From Phoronis australis (taxonomy: Eukaryota > Animalia > Phoronida): 64,000 nucleotides of DNA. The stretch lies in the NCBI GenBank assembly GCA_002633005.1, contig NMRA01000575.1, positions 91,325-155,324 of the forward strand, read 5' to 3'. The notes beneath the pieces are model-generated. The model did not search any database. It was not told the DNA's origin and worked only from the letters and a program-made list of their open reading frames with translations. A program made the translations under genes and the position numbers. Of this stretch, positions 1 to 12,600 are shown one piece after another (positions within the stretch are counted from its first letter, which is position 1; each line of letters begins with the position of its first letter).

Positions 1-525
1 CAAAATGTTGGCTCACAATGGTTTGCAATAGTCAGCAATTTCTAAACATTTCTGGACGTGCTTAATGAAGAAAGGGAAAAATGATGAGGTTACAAACTAA
101 ATATGAGAAGGTTGTTGAGTAGTTTCGAGCATTAACCTAGGTATTGACCCTGAACTCAGAAATGGACTCCCCATCACAGAAAATCGTCTGAGCAATTTAT
201 TACATGACCTGCTAGTCCTCAAGTTGAAGAAAAACAAAGTAGGCCAAAATTCAAAGTGGCACCATCTGCCATCTTGAATTGCACAAATTTCAAGTTTGCA
301 CTTTGTGCAACCAAGCTAATTTTGCTCTTCTGATCGTATTAACTGTATTTCATGAAAACAAACTTTACAGCAATCAACATTGATTATATTTCAAGCTTAA
401 ATATTCAGTTTTAACGAGAGATGGCATCTTGAACATACATGTACAATAACAGCGACTCAAGAAAGACAATGCTTATATCTAGGTGGTAGTTGAGTGTTCA
501 GAGAAAATTGATCAACCTCTCATAC

Positions 526-698
526 CTGGTGCCTTTATTTCCCTTGACAGTGTTTCCACTCGATCCTTAAGTTCCTCCAGATGGAGCAGGTGCAGCATGT
601 GGGTTAACTTACTGTAATCTCCAACATTAATTATCGCTTGTTGCTGAAGCTGTTCAAAAAGTTTGTGAGTGTTTGTTATATTCTGCAGTTTTGTTGGT
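526..698 (-). CDS. DED exon, C-terminal half (KPTKLQNITNTHKLFEQLQQQAIINVGDYSKLTHMLHLLHLEELKDRV)
   Basis: Acceptor ttgcttttcag, donor CCAG|gtatg, 173 nt phase 2-1. Pattern LF..L.....I...D.S.L..ML..L matches DED helices 4-6. Confidence 0.75.
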
Positions 699-3600
699 CT
701 GAAAAGCAACAAAACATTCACGATCACATCAATCTAAAATCACGCCTGCTGACATCAACCTGAGCAAAAGTTGTACAGATAATAAAAAGTCTCCGTTACA
801 TAAATCAAGATGACTCCATACTTTTCAAATATGAAGTCAAATATTAATGAACATTCTCAATAGCTTTAGCTTATCGCCTATCAGGTACGCCCCTATGATT
901 CCTTCTGTGATGTGTTTACTCTAGTACACAGTATCAAGCACAAGGTTCTCTAACATTTAACATTACTTATTAATAAAACATTTGCCTTGATTTAAGTGAG
1001 GTTAGCTACCCCAGATTGTAACTAGGATCCGTGGTCTAATCAATTTCATCGATATCAACTTAATCAAGTTAATTTTGAAATTTTCTATTCCACTTTTGTG
1101 AAACGCAAGATGGGTGTCTAGTATTCTGTGCTCGAATATGTGTCTAAGGTGGACAATTCTCTATACTCGAAAACATGATGTCTAATGTGGACGACTTTCT
1201 ATCCTCAAATACTTAATGTCTAAGGTGGTCAACAATCCATGCTCGAGTACATAATGTCTAAGGTGGTCGCAACTTGGTAACTCGACAGGAGTGAGATTTG
1301 ACGCTTATTTCAAATTACTTTTACTATATCTCTGGTAGATACTGTACATGTACTGTACATTGTGTTCATGTCGAATTTCACGGTGATCCACAGAGGAAAT
1401 ACTATTGAACGGCACAGTGATAAATATGGCGCCACAACAGTCTATAGTCATCGACAGTCACGCACGTTCAAGTAGAAACACATCTGCCAATTTTCATACG
1501 TATAACTATCTGGTGGGTTCAATAAGTAGGGTAATTGCTGAAGGGTTTATTGGAATAGTAATGACCCTTAGGTATCACACAATATATCTTGAATTCATCT
1601 GAACGGTGTTATCGGGTGTTGGATAGAATTCATTTTCCATGTTTCATGAAAATCCGTGAAGAAATTCAGGAAATGTAAACAACATTATCAGACAAATATA
1701 ATAAATATCCTGCAAAACGTTTGGGATCCGATACCACCAATATCGGACGAAAACAAGCAAATAAATTACCACTAGGTGGTGCGACCGTTGTAAAGAGCCA
1801 TCGAAAAATCGTTGTAAGCCGCCTGTGCCCCAGAAGGACCACGTAAGTGTTCGCAATCGTCCTTAATGTATACGAATATGCTAATCTCATGTCAACATGT
1901 CGATACTTTTAATAGCGTGGTAGAGAGAAAGCGGACGCCAAAAACACTCAAGGACAATCAAAACGCCAAATACATGTTGGTGGTGCAGAAAACCTGCACG
2001 TCAATTATCTGCAGAACGAGAAGACGGTGAAATGTTCTTAAAAAATACCTACTTCCCAACTCTTATGAAAATTCACTCATAATTTGGAGCATAAAGGGGA
2101 ATCGTAAAAAACAAAATCGCAATTAAGCGGCATTCCACCGCGTAATCGAATCCGTCCAAAATTCGGTCATACCGTACAATCCATGATACGAACATATATG
2201 CAAAGTTGGAGAAACATCCATGCAGAGGTTTTTTAAATAAGCAGCGAATGAAGGACGGATAACCACCGAGCGAAGGGATGCCGGTAGAGGATGACTGTAT
2301 GGCGTATTCGCACATACATTGTATATGTATGTACAGTGTAGGCATATGGGGCATAAAACGAGAAAGGATTGAACAACATTGTAATACAATAAACTTCAGC
2401 AAAATTGGAGGTGAAGAGAAAATATTTTTAAAAAAAGGAATTAAAATGGCAAATGTGTTAAATCTACGGTTCAGTTTATGAAAAAACATACAGAGTACAT
2501 TATACGTGTTACATATCTTGTACGTTCCGTTTGGAAATAGACATTTAAGCCCAAGTTGTGGCTGGATAGCAATTGATACAGGTCACTAAAGAGAATGATT
2601 ATTGATTGATTGATTGAGTGATTGATTGATATGTTTCCACGATCTGGCATGGAAGGCAAACTCGACAAACCTGTGAAGCAGACTTTTTCAACTAAAAGTG
2701 TCGATAAGCAATTAAAAAAGTCACTGTTATTTCCTTATGAAACTGTATCGCCGGCGAGGTGTTGTGAACTGAAGTAATACCACTTTATAAGTTCGACAAT
2801 TTGAGTGTTAAACCTTCCATAAAAAGTGTTAATTTCATTCACATATAAGTTCACGCATATTTATCATTAAAAATAATGAACTACTTCCAACGATAATGAA
2901 ATTAAATTTTCATTGACAACAGCGTTTAACTAATAGGCTATCTTTGATGTTCCATCAAATTATTTAAAAACAGTTGGAAAGCGTGAAGGTAAATGAGATT
3001 TCTAATAACATGAAACGTACAGGCTGATATATGAGACTCAAGTGTAGAAAAAAAATGATTTACAACGCTCAATGGTTTAACATTATGTTGCAGCCTCCAA
3101 AATGGCCAACTTTGTGAATAACAATCGCAACATTAGATCTTCAAAATGGCTGTTGGGATTCATATGAAAGATATTATGCTTTGTAAAAGGTTCTCCAAAA
3201 TGCTGTCTTCAGTGTTTTTTGAAAATTGACACTTTTGCATGAGGGTTATAAAAAGCTAAATTATAATTCTCAATTTGAGATTTCTTGTTGAACATTTGTA
3301 TGGAAGAAACATAGTCATGTTATTGGCACTGTTTTGTTACAGACGTAACTTTCTTTTTTGTTTATTTGTGCTATAGTGACAGTTCTCATGACCCAAGTAT
3401 TAACAGTTTGATATAAGGTCACAAGTCAAACTCTACAGGCTCTGTTGTTTCAAAAAAGGTTTACAGTTACAGAGATAAAACTACAATTTTGAAGATATTT
3501 CGCAGAATACATGATAAGCTTCTGTAGAATTAAACCCACACAAACCTGGAACACATTCAACATGAGTCGGCGCCAGTGGTGCCATGTACACTTGTTTTTC

Positions 3601-6600
3601 GGTAACTCATCTCAAGCGAAATCTCGGAGTTTTGGCCTTTAAAAGCTATTTTTTAGAGCAAAGGCGAGTAAAATGGAGTCGTAATTCATGTTTTTGTGAT
3701 CGATATGGCGCTCTTTGGTTATGCTGACTGAACCAACAGCTTCTTACGCAATTTGTTTTATTTTCAAATTGGCACTTCTTGACCGACCAAAGTATTGCTC
3801 CAGAAAACTTTATAACGAAGATTGATACACTGGCGATTATTTCCAGTCACTGTGCAGGATATGATTTATTCGTAAACATGTTATGTTGTTTTTCTTACTT
3901 AATCCAATCTTCACACAAGCCCTTTAGTCTTTCAAAATCACGACCAATGACACGTTCAGCAACTTCATGTAGCAGCTGTTGATGAAGTTTCCCTGTCACT
4001 CGCCGTTCTCCTGAGAATAAATACACACATTTCTAAGCAACGTAAACATTACAGGTAGCCGTTTTTGCACATGACCTAGCTGTCCTAGACATCGTTCTAT
4101 TTGGTACTCCATTGAATTGAAGAGAATCACAGTTGTTGGGAGCTTTCAATCATAAATAGTTTTAGTGTGTTTAATTTTGGCCGTAATTTTGGAAAAAAGT
4201 GGACCCCGTGATAGTTAAGCCACGAGACATTCTCTCTATGGTAGGCATGAAATTTTAAAGTTTCGTTTTAAGACCATCTTGAGTTTTAGCAGTATTCTAG
4301 AAAAGTGTCCAAATTTAGCCAAAATCTTATCTGAAAAATAAACGACCATAAATACGAAACTTTCAAACACCACGTTTTATCCATCGATTTTTAAAATTTT
4401 AGATTAGAATTTGTTTTTAAAAGTTTGATATTCAGCAAAAAGGATTATCAAATATAGGATTCAAAAGGTTGTTTGAAATTTATTAAATAAAATAAAAGCA
4501 GGCGGTCTGATACACGTTGTACCAGTCGTGCGCAGGCCTCACATGTGGTACATTGCACTGATCACCTGGTTGTTTGAAATGAACAAAGAGAAGTAACTTA
4601 GAGAACTGTGATATACATGTGGCCTTCATCTTCAACATCTACATTAAACGAAAATTAACCATGCTATTAGAACCTTGCAGTAGTGTTGCAAGGTTACGTT
4701 ATATAATTACGTCTACGTCATACGTATATTTTGTCACTGAAAAGCTACCACTACGAAATACTTCCAGTACACTGTACTCGGTTCCATGATGGTAAGATTT
4801 TTCATGATGAGGACCTAAACATGACTATACTTTGTTGTTAGCTGGAAGAACATTTGAAAATATCAAACGTTGACAACCGCTAATCGATATTCTAGCCCTT
4901 CACCAATCTGTTTACCGTGTTTTACATAGCCACAATACCATGTGACCATGTATTACATAGACACAATATTACATAAGCTGGCAATCCAGACTGTTAGAGA
5001 ATGTTGCCAAGTCTATCAATGTGGCAGGGTTCTTCAAACATAATGTACGGTAATATCTTAAGGAATGTTTCTTCATCTTACTATTTGACGTCTTCTTTCT
5101 CTGTGCACTGATTGCCGATTCTTCCTGAAACAAAACAAAATTCAAAGCACAGAAAAAGTTAATAGTACAGCAACATTCCCTCGAGGTAAATCTGTTAACC
5201 TGAACAACACAAGAACTAATGAAGATCTCGAAATTACTATGGATAGTTTTATGCTTTGCCTGTTAATTATATACTGTATTTACCGGCATAATAAACAACA
5301 GGTAGGTCAAGACTGCTTCAAAACTCATTCATTTTAAGTTCATAAAAATAGCATGTTTTAAATTTCAAAGAAATGTACAGAGACATCAGAAATTGAAGGC
5401 CTCGGTGTTACAATGCAATATATTTCAGTGCAGTCATATGTTTTATATGCTAACGGGAAGTGATCCCTCCGTTGTTATCAGCATAGATAAAACAGTCCAT
5501 AACACCATAATTAATACAAAAGCAAGACTTTGATCATTTACATCGGTAATTGCTACAATTTATTACCACAATACTGTACATAAACATCCATGTACAGTAT
5601 GCAGAAGAAATGACAATTCGACCGCAACTGTTCACATGTTGTAAGTAGAGCGCTGGTTGGAAGTCCACCCGCTACAGGATAAGTGCTGGTATATCCTGGA
5701 TATTTTAATATTTGAGTAACATTGATTCGCCAAAAACCTTTATCTTTTGAAAAGCTTGCGAAACACAAGGCTAAATCGATCCTAGAGTGATCCGTTCTCA
5801 AGCACTGAAAAACTTTAAATTCTCTATACATGGCGGTGATTCTTAAAGTAATTATGTCTGGCCACTTTAACTGGTGTTTTTCTCATCCAGATATTATTGG
5901 GTTGGATTATGTGTTCTGCAAGCATAAACCAATTTTGTTCTTATTATTTCCCATACGTTGTACCCTCTTGATATTATCTGTTGAATACAATCTGCCGCAA
6001 AAACCTGGACTAAATTCCAACCCCCCAAGCCAAATAGAAAAATCTGTATTTAATTCATCTATAATAGATTTGTAAAAAGTCCATAGTAATCTGGGCTTGC
6101 CAACCTGTGATGGGGCCGTAAGTTAAGTATTTGAATACATGTAGGTCAAAGGAAGTTTCTGAATAACGATAATTTGTTCACACAATTTCAGGTATACGGA
6201 ATACAAGTACTTCGGGTATTCTCGTGTCCTGGAAACTCCCTCACATGAGTTTAATATCACGGCACGTTTCAAATTCAATCATAACAGCGAAAGGTCTGAC
6301 GAAGACCCGGTTAAAATCGATGCCTAACCGTGACCTCTGGAGACGAACAGTACTGCTACATGTATGTGACGTTATTCCCAATCAGTGGCATGCCTCTAGA
6401 TGTGCAGTGCACTTACTCTTGAACACAAGTTTCGCACTGTTCCCACACAGTTATCGTAGCATTTTCGACAGTATTTTCAATTTTTACAGTCACATGACTT
6501 CCTTTTCTGACTGAAGCTTTTACCTACGCAGTTACGTAACACCACAAAGGGGGTAATTTGAGGCTGCAAAATACCCGAGGCATTCTGTTTCGAATGCTGA

Positions 6601-9600
6601 CGTCGTGACAAAATGTATTGTCAAAAAACAAAAGGTTAAAGAGGCGATGCTGGTCCTATGTAGGCGTTTGTAAAGACTAAACAATTGTGAACATAGTCTG
6701 TTACGTCGCTGGCGTCAGAGTTCAGTGAATGTTTCCGGGGCATTTACATATAAATGAACTGTTGTGTTGGCCGGGTGCATTCAAATGTTCGACCTGGGTG
6801 CGGCAGTCGAGTGCCAACAGTAGAACTTTTGCACCGACAGTGAAGGTTGTAACATAAGTTCAGCGGACTAACTGGGGACCACGAGATAACGGTGTTCATG
6901 TCGGATGCTGAAAGGAAGGCACTGACCACAAATACACGATGTACAAGCTATGTGGAATACTAAGCTGGACTCTAACTCGGTAATATTAGTTTGGGTGCCA
7001 CATGGATATAGTCAACACAGTTAGGATACATATTAATGTTTGTGTGTAAACGCTTACGGTTGAAGCTTAGTTAATTATTGTTTATTTAAATGTAATTTTT
7101 CTACTGAATTGTCTGATTAAAGTCACGTCGTGACTGCGTTTCCTGGTTTACTTTTATAGAACCAATGAAGTGTATGCCATTAAAACTCATTTGCGTTTTC
7201 CCGTTGCTCCCAAGTTGTTCGATTCTATAGCCCAACAACATGTTGGGAAGTTTACCCCTGCAGCCAATATCTTACACCACTGATTAACTCCATTCTGGCA
7301 TTGATGACTGGATGGCCAGCTCTATTTTGTTCGATAATTGCTCTAATCTCCAATAAGATCATACCTACCTTGACTGGGCTCTGCTTTAAAAAAGAAAAGT
7401 TAAGTAATACCATATCTGAACATAAAGCAATAGCATTTCTGAAATCTTTGTCAAATGTCAAAAGATGATCATTGTTTAGTTTTTGAATCGCCAAAATCCC
7501 CCAACTTCAACTGAAGTTACAATAATCTACTCTTTCCGAACACACCAATTCACTCTGAGTTTCCCAGCGTTCACACGTGGTCTGTACTAGGCCTGGTAAA
7601 TTATTGGCCTGCTTGTTGTCATAACAGACAAAAAAGTGTTGTTGACAGTTAACAAATAAGCTAGATGTTAAAACGTGTTCGGAACCCCCTACGTCTGGTA
7701 AAGTCACCGAACGGGAAATCACTGTCACGTTAGGGTCAAGTTCATCTGAATCATAANNNNNNNNNNNNNNNNNNNNNNNNNNNNNNNNNNNNNNNNNNNN
7801 NNNNNNNNNNNNNNNNNNNNNNNNNNNNNNNNNNNNNNNNNNNNNNNNNNNNNNNNNNNNNNNNNNNNNNNNNNNNNNNNNNNNNNNNNNNNNNNNNNNN
7901 NNNNNNNNNNNNNNNNNNNNNNNNNNNNNNNNNNNNNNNNNNNNNNNNNNNNNNNNNNNNNNNNNNNNNNNNNNNNNNNNNNNNNNNNNNNNNNNNNNGA
8001 CAGGTTCTCGTTTAATTCACCTGATTACATAAGCCCGCCATAACTTCAGTCTATTGTATACAAAATCCTTAATCCCAAAGACGCATTGCCATCTCAGACG
8101 TGTCGCTGCATTGGTGTACGTGCAAAAAGATGAATCAAATGTCCAACAACCTCCCATTCACACTAGCAAGAATTCATCAAGGGGGAAGAGCGATACTCTC
8201 GTTTTGTCCCACTGGATAAAGGTATGAACCCAAGGGACATCTCCCGAGCACACAATGCGTAGAGAACCAACTCGGATTCATACTCTGGCTCAAATGTCAG
8301 GTATTTTAAACTAAATTGTTATGGCAAACATGAGGGCCTACAACGTCGCATATTCTTGATCGTCTTGGGGTCCGCTTCATCGTCCCCATCAACGTAAGTA
8401 TAAAGTATGTTTCATACAATATGGAATTGTATTAAAACAGGGAATTCATTAACTGCACGAGTCCCGGCGGATCAAATACCTTTAGTTTGGATCAACGAGT
8501 AGGGTTAGATGAATGGTTATTTTTCATTTACGCCATTGCCAATTCAAGCCTTTCCAGCCGTCGTAAACAAAACGCTGACTCCTGATTCATACTCCAATAC
8601 ACCACACTCAACCTGCAGTCCCACACTCAAAAAAAGACAAGAGAAACGAGTAATGCACTTACATGAACCTTCACAGCCCCGTCCATCAGCGTCTCCTTGT
8701 AGATAATTTCCATCACGCACAGTCTAACCTTGTCTGCCACTAATGCACGAACTTTAGCTTCAATCATCTCAAAAACTGTACATGCTCTTTCACAATGATC
8801 CCTTTCGAGTTTAAACCCTTTAGAGGAAATTTGTTTCTTTTCGTCATCCTCAATGCTCCAGCATAAAATTCCAAACAACAACGTGGCGCTACTTATCAAA
8901 CGCATTTTGTAACTTGTACACTCGTGTTCAATGTCATCAGTACACTCCACGTCCACGCCATGACAAAATAGTTTAACTATCAACCCTCCATTCTGTCTTT
9001 CTTTTATGTACGGGCATATCCTGCACATGTATGACTCTTCGAGTATATGTTTGATGGTCGTAAACATGCCAGTAGCGATAGGTGATGTGCAATCTGCCAG
9101 CCAAGCAATATTAACCATTGAGCATGTTTTAGAGTAGAAGATTATTTCCTTCCAGTCCAGCCTGACATTGCAATCTTCAGTAATGTCCTTCACTTCACCA
9201 TCTTTTTCATGCAATATGCGAAAGTCTTCGCTCTTTAGTCGTTGATCATCCACTTTTCCCAACATTGCTGCAACAGTCACTCGCACTTCGACTGGCTCCG
9301 AGAATGTTAGATCTCCATCTGTGCAGGTCACGCATATTCTCTGAGAATAGATGTTAGCTCTGCCTTGGGTGTCGTAGTGCACTGCCCTTGCTAACAACAA
9401 CTGATCTACAAACTCAATTTCTATGTTCCCGGATATTGCATTTGGTGGTACTCTGAGTTGAACCCCTTTGTACCCAAAAACTCCACCGTCTGCTCCATCA
9501 ATAGTTGCTATAGGAATAGAAATAACATTTATCAGTACTTGGGAAGGATTGCAACGAAAGTCAATTAAGTTCCTCGTTTTCTTACTAAGTAGCTTTTTAG

Positions 9601-12600
9601 CGATCACTTCAATGTTCAGACTTTAGCACATATTATCTTAGTAATTTTGCATTTCCGTTATCAATTACAATCTGGGAATGAGAAGGTGACGATGGCACTC
9701 TTTGTCCTTTTTATCGCAATAAGTTGGAGAGTAAAAAAGTATGTGTGAGAGTAGCTATTCGGTTAACCCTTTTTTTCGGAAAGATCGTGCCCCCGAACAC
9801 GGCCGACCTCGTACTCATTGCTCGGACTGCTTCACGTGGAAGCTAGAATTGAATTGTTTGTGAGATTTGTTGAATGTTGTGCACACTCTATTTTCACAAA
9901 AAATCGAGGGTACTTAGACATTCCGGGAGGGGCGTCAAACAACCTACATAATTTCTTCTCCCTGCCGTTTGATTCAAAAGACCAACTTTAAAATTCCTGA
10001 AAAATTACTGGACGTTAAGTTTGCAGGGTGGACCTACTGATCTGGTGATACAGGGTGGTTCTACTGATCTCAAGATACAGGGTGGTCCCACTGATCTCAA
10101 GAAACAGGGTGGTTCTACTGATCTCATTATACAGGGTCGTCCTACTGATCTCACGATACAGTGTGATCCTACTAATATGACGATAGTGGGTGGTCCTACT
10201 GATCTGACGATACAGGGTCGTCATAGTGTTCTCACGATAAAGGGTGGTCCTACTGATCTCACAATACAGGTTCGTCATAGTGTTCTTACGACAAAGGGTG
10301 GTCCTACTGATCTGACGATACAGGGTCGTCATAGTGTTCGTACGATAAAGGGTGGTCCTACATGTACCAAGTCACAACAAACTTTTTTACAGCTTTTAAA
10401 ATTGTTCAGTACATGTACTNNNNNNNNNNNNNNNNNNNNNNNNNNNNNNNNNNNNNNNNNNNNNNNNNNNNNNNNNNNNNNNNNNNNNNNNNNNNNNNNN
10501 NNNNNNNNNNNNNNNNNNNNNNNNNNNNNNNNNNNNNNNNNNNNNNNNNNNNNNNNNNNNNNNNNNNNNNNNNNNNNNNNNNNNNNNNNNNNNNNNNNNN
10601 NNNNNNNNNNNNNNNNNNNNNNNNNNNNNNNNNNNNNNNNNNNNNNNNNNNNNNNNNNNNNNNNNNNNNNNNNNNNNNNNNNNNNNNNNNNNNNNNNNNN
10701 NNNNNNNNNNNNNNNNNNNNNNNNNNNNNNNNNNNNNNNNNNNNNNNNNNNNNNNNNNNNNNNNNNNNNNNNNNNNNNNNNNNNNNNNNNNNNNNNNNNN
10801 NNNNNNNNNNNNNNNNNNNNNNNNNNNNNNNNNNNNNNNNNNNNNNNNNNNNNNNNNNNNNNNNNNNNNNNNNNNNNNNNNNNNNNNNNNNNNNNNNNNN
10901 NNNNNNNNNNNNNNNNNNNNNNNNNNNNNNNNNNNNNNNNNNNNNNNNNNNNNNNNNNNNNNNNNNNNNNNNNNNNNNNNNNNNNNNNNNNNNNNNNNNN
11001 NNNNNNNNNNNNNNNNNNNNNNNNNNNNNNNNNNNNNNNNNNNNNNNNNNNNNNNNNNNNNNNNNNNNNNNNNNNNNNNNNNNNNNNNNNNNNNNNNNNN
11101 NNNNNNNNNNNNNNNNNNNNNNNNNNNNNNNNNNNNNNNNNNNNNNNNNNNNNNNNNNNNNNNNNNNNNNNNNNNNNNNNNNNNNNNNNNNNNNNNNNNN
11201 NNNNNNNNNNNNNNNNNNNNNNNNNNNNNNNNNNNNNNNNNNNNNNNNNNNNNNNNNNNNNNNNNNNNNNNNNNNNNNNNNNNNNATGAAGATTTTACAA
11301 GTTTTACAGTGCCATGCCTCTTTAAGGTCCAGCAGTACTCTAGAAAAGTGTCCAACTTTATCTACCGCCGCATCTCATCTCAAAAATAAATGACCATATC
11401 AATACAAAACTTCACACATCATGCTTTGTCCATTGCTCTCGCAAATTTGGATTAAGAAGTGTTTCTAAATGTCAACAGTTTAGTATGAGGGATTAACAAA
11501 TATACAAGTAGGACTCAAAAGATTGTTTGAAATGAACACGGAAAAGTAACTTAGAGAACTTTAAACAGTGTTCATCACATTAGTCAGTGGTGTTGATACG
11601 AATGCGTATTTTTGCTTCACTGTATTCATAATTGAACATTCCAATTTCACCAAAAAATAGTTTGTTCAGTGATGACCACATTTCTACTGTAGGCCAGGCC
11701 CGTAAACTGCCAGCTAGACTTCTGAAACACTTTTAATTCAGGAACGTAATTTTGCGAAGTCTTAAGATATCTTGACTTTTTCGAGAGAAAATAGGTATAC
11801 AAAACGCATTCCAAGTAAACGTCACGAAGGGGAGACAGGTTCACGCTATGAAAACTCAATCCTTCTTACAAGTTGGCGGTGCAGCAGATTCCGCTCTTCC
11901 GAACAGCTTTTCCTGAAACGAAACAAAATTCAACGCACAAAAATAGTTAATAGTACAGTAAATCAGTTAACTTGAGCAACAAAATACCTCGGGAAGATCT
12001 CGAAATTACCGTGTATGGATATATGCTTTGCGACTTCACTGACATTTTCCTCGCTGATAAATTATTTTATTGCTTCTAATAACTATTGTATTTACCGACA
12101 TAATAAACAATATGTAGAAGTCCATACGCAGAGGGAGAATACCTGAGGAGTTACCAGTATTTTTCAAAATGATTGACATTTTTTAAATCAAAACAGCTTA
12201 CAAAGTAAATGAGAAACTACAGTCAAGATATTAGCAAGAGGGGCAAACACTGGAACACTAAAATTCGAGAACCGGTAGAAATAATATGGAATATACTAGA
12301 GCTCGACTCATTGGTTTACGGGTAAATCTACGCGGTGACCACTGCGTTTCCAACTGTATATTTTCACGGTCAAAAGCATTCATTGACAAGACGGAACTAC
12401 TACAGTTTAGTTTACACGTCTAGTGGTATTACACAGTACAAACAAATCGTAAAACAACAATATGTAATTACAAACAAAAAGGTAGCGTAATGTGTGTGTC
12501 TGCTTGTGTACGTACGTGGGAGTGGGTGTGGGTGTTAGTGTGCATGTGTGCGCCATTTTATCTTGAAATTAGAAATGCCATCTTTGTCGTTGCATGTCAT

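Larger units (their letters stand above)
4247..5305. repeat. Intragenic segmental duplication, copy 1 (paralogous to about 11286-12117), includes linker exon B
   Basis: Shared blocks such as agcagta.tctagaaaagtgtccaa, gtttgaaatgaaca...aagtaacttagagaact, tcctgaaac.aaacaaaattcaa.gcac, gaagatctcgaaattac and tgtatttaccg.cataataaacaa, in the same order. Confidence 0.85.

Noticed and set aside
10023-10360. Possible CRISPR array (also 1141-1270, 13265-13480, 14764-14985)
   Set aside because: Head-to-tail tandem units without unique spacers, no cas genes, eukaryotic context.
10021-11393. Long ORFs spanning 10021-11393 (and 28930-29304)
   Set aside because: Artefacts of N runs plus a stop-free minisatellite.
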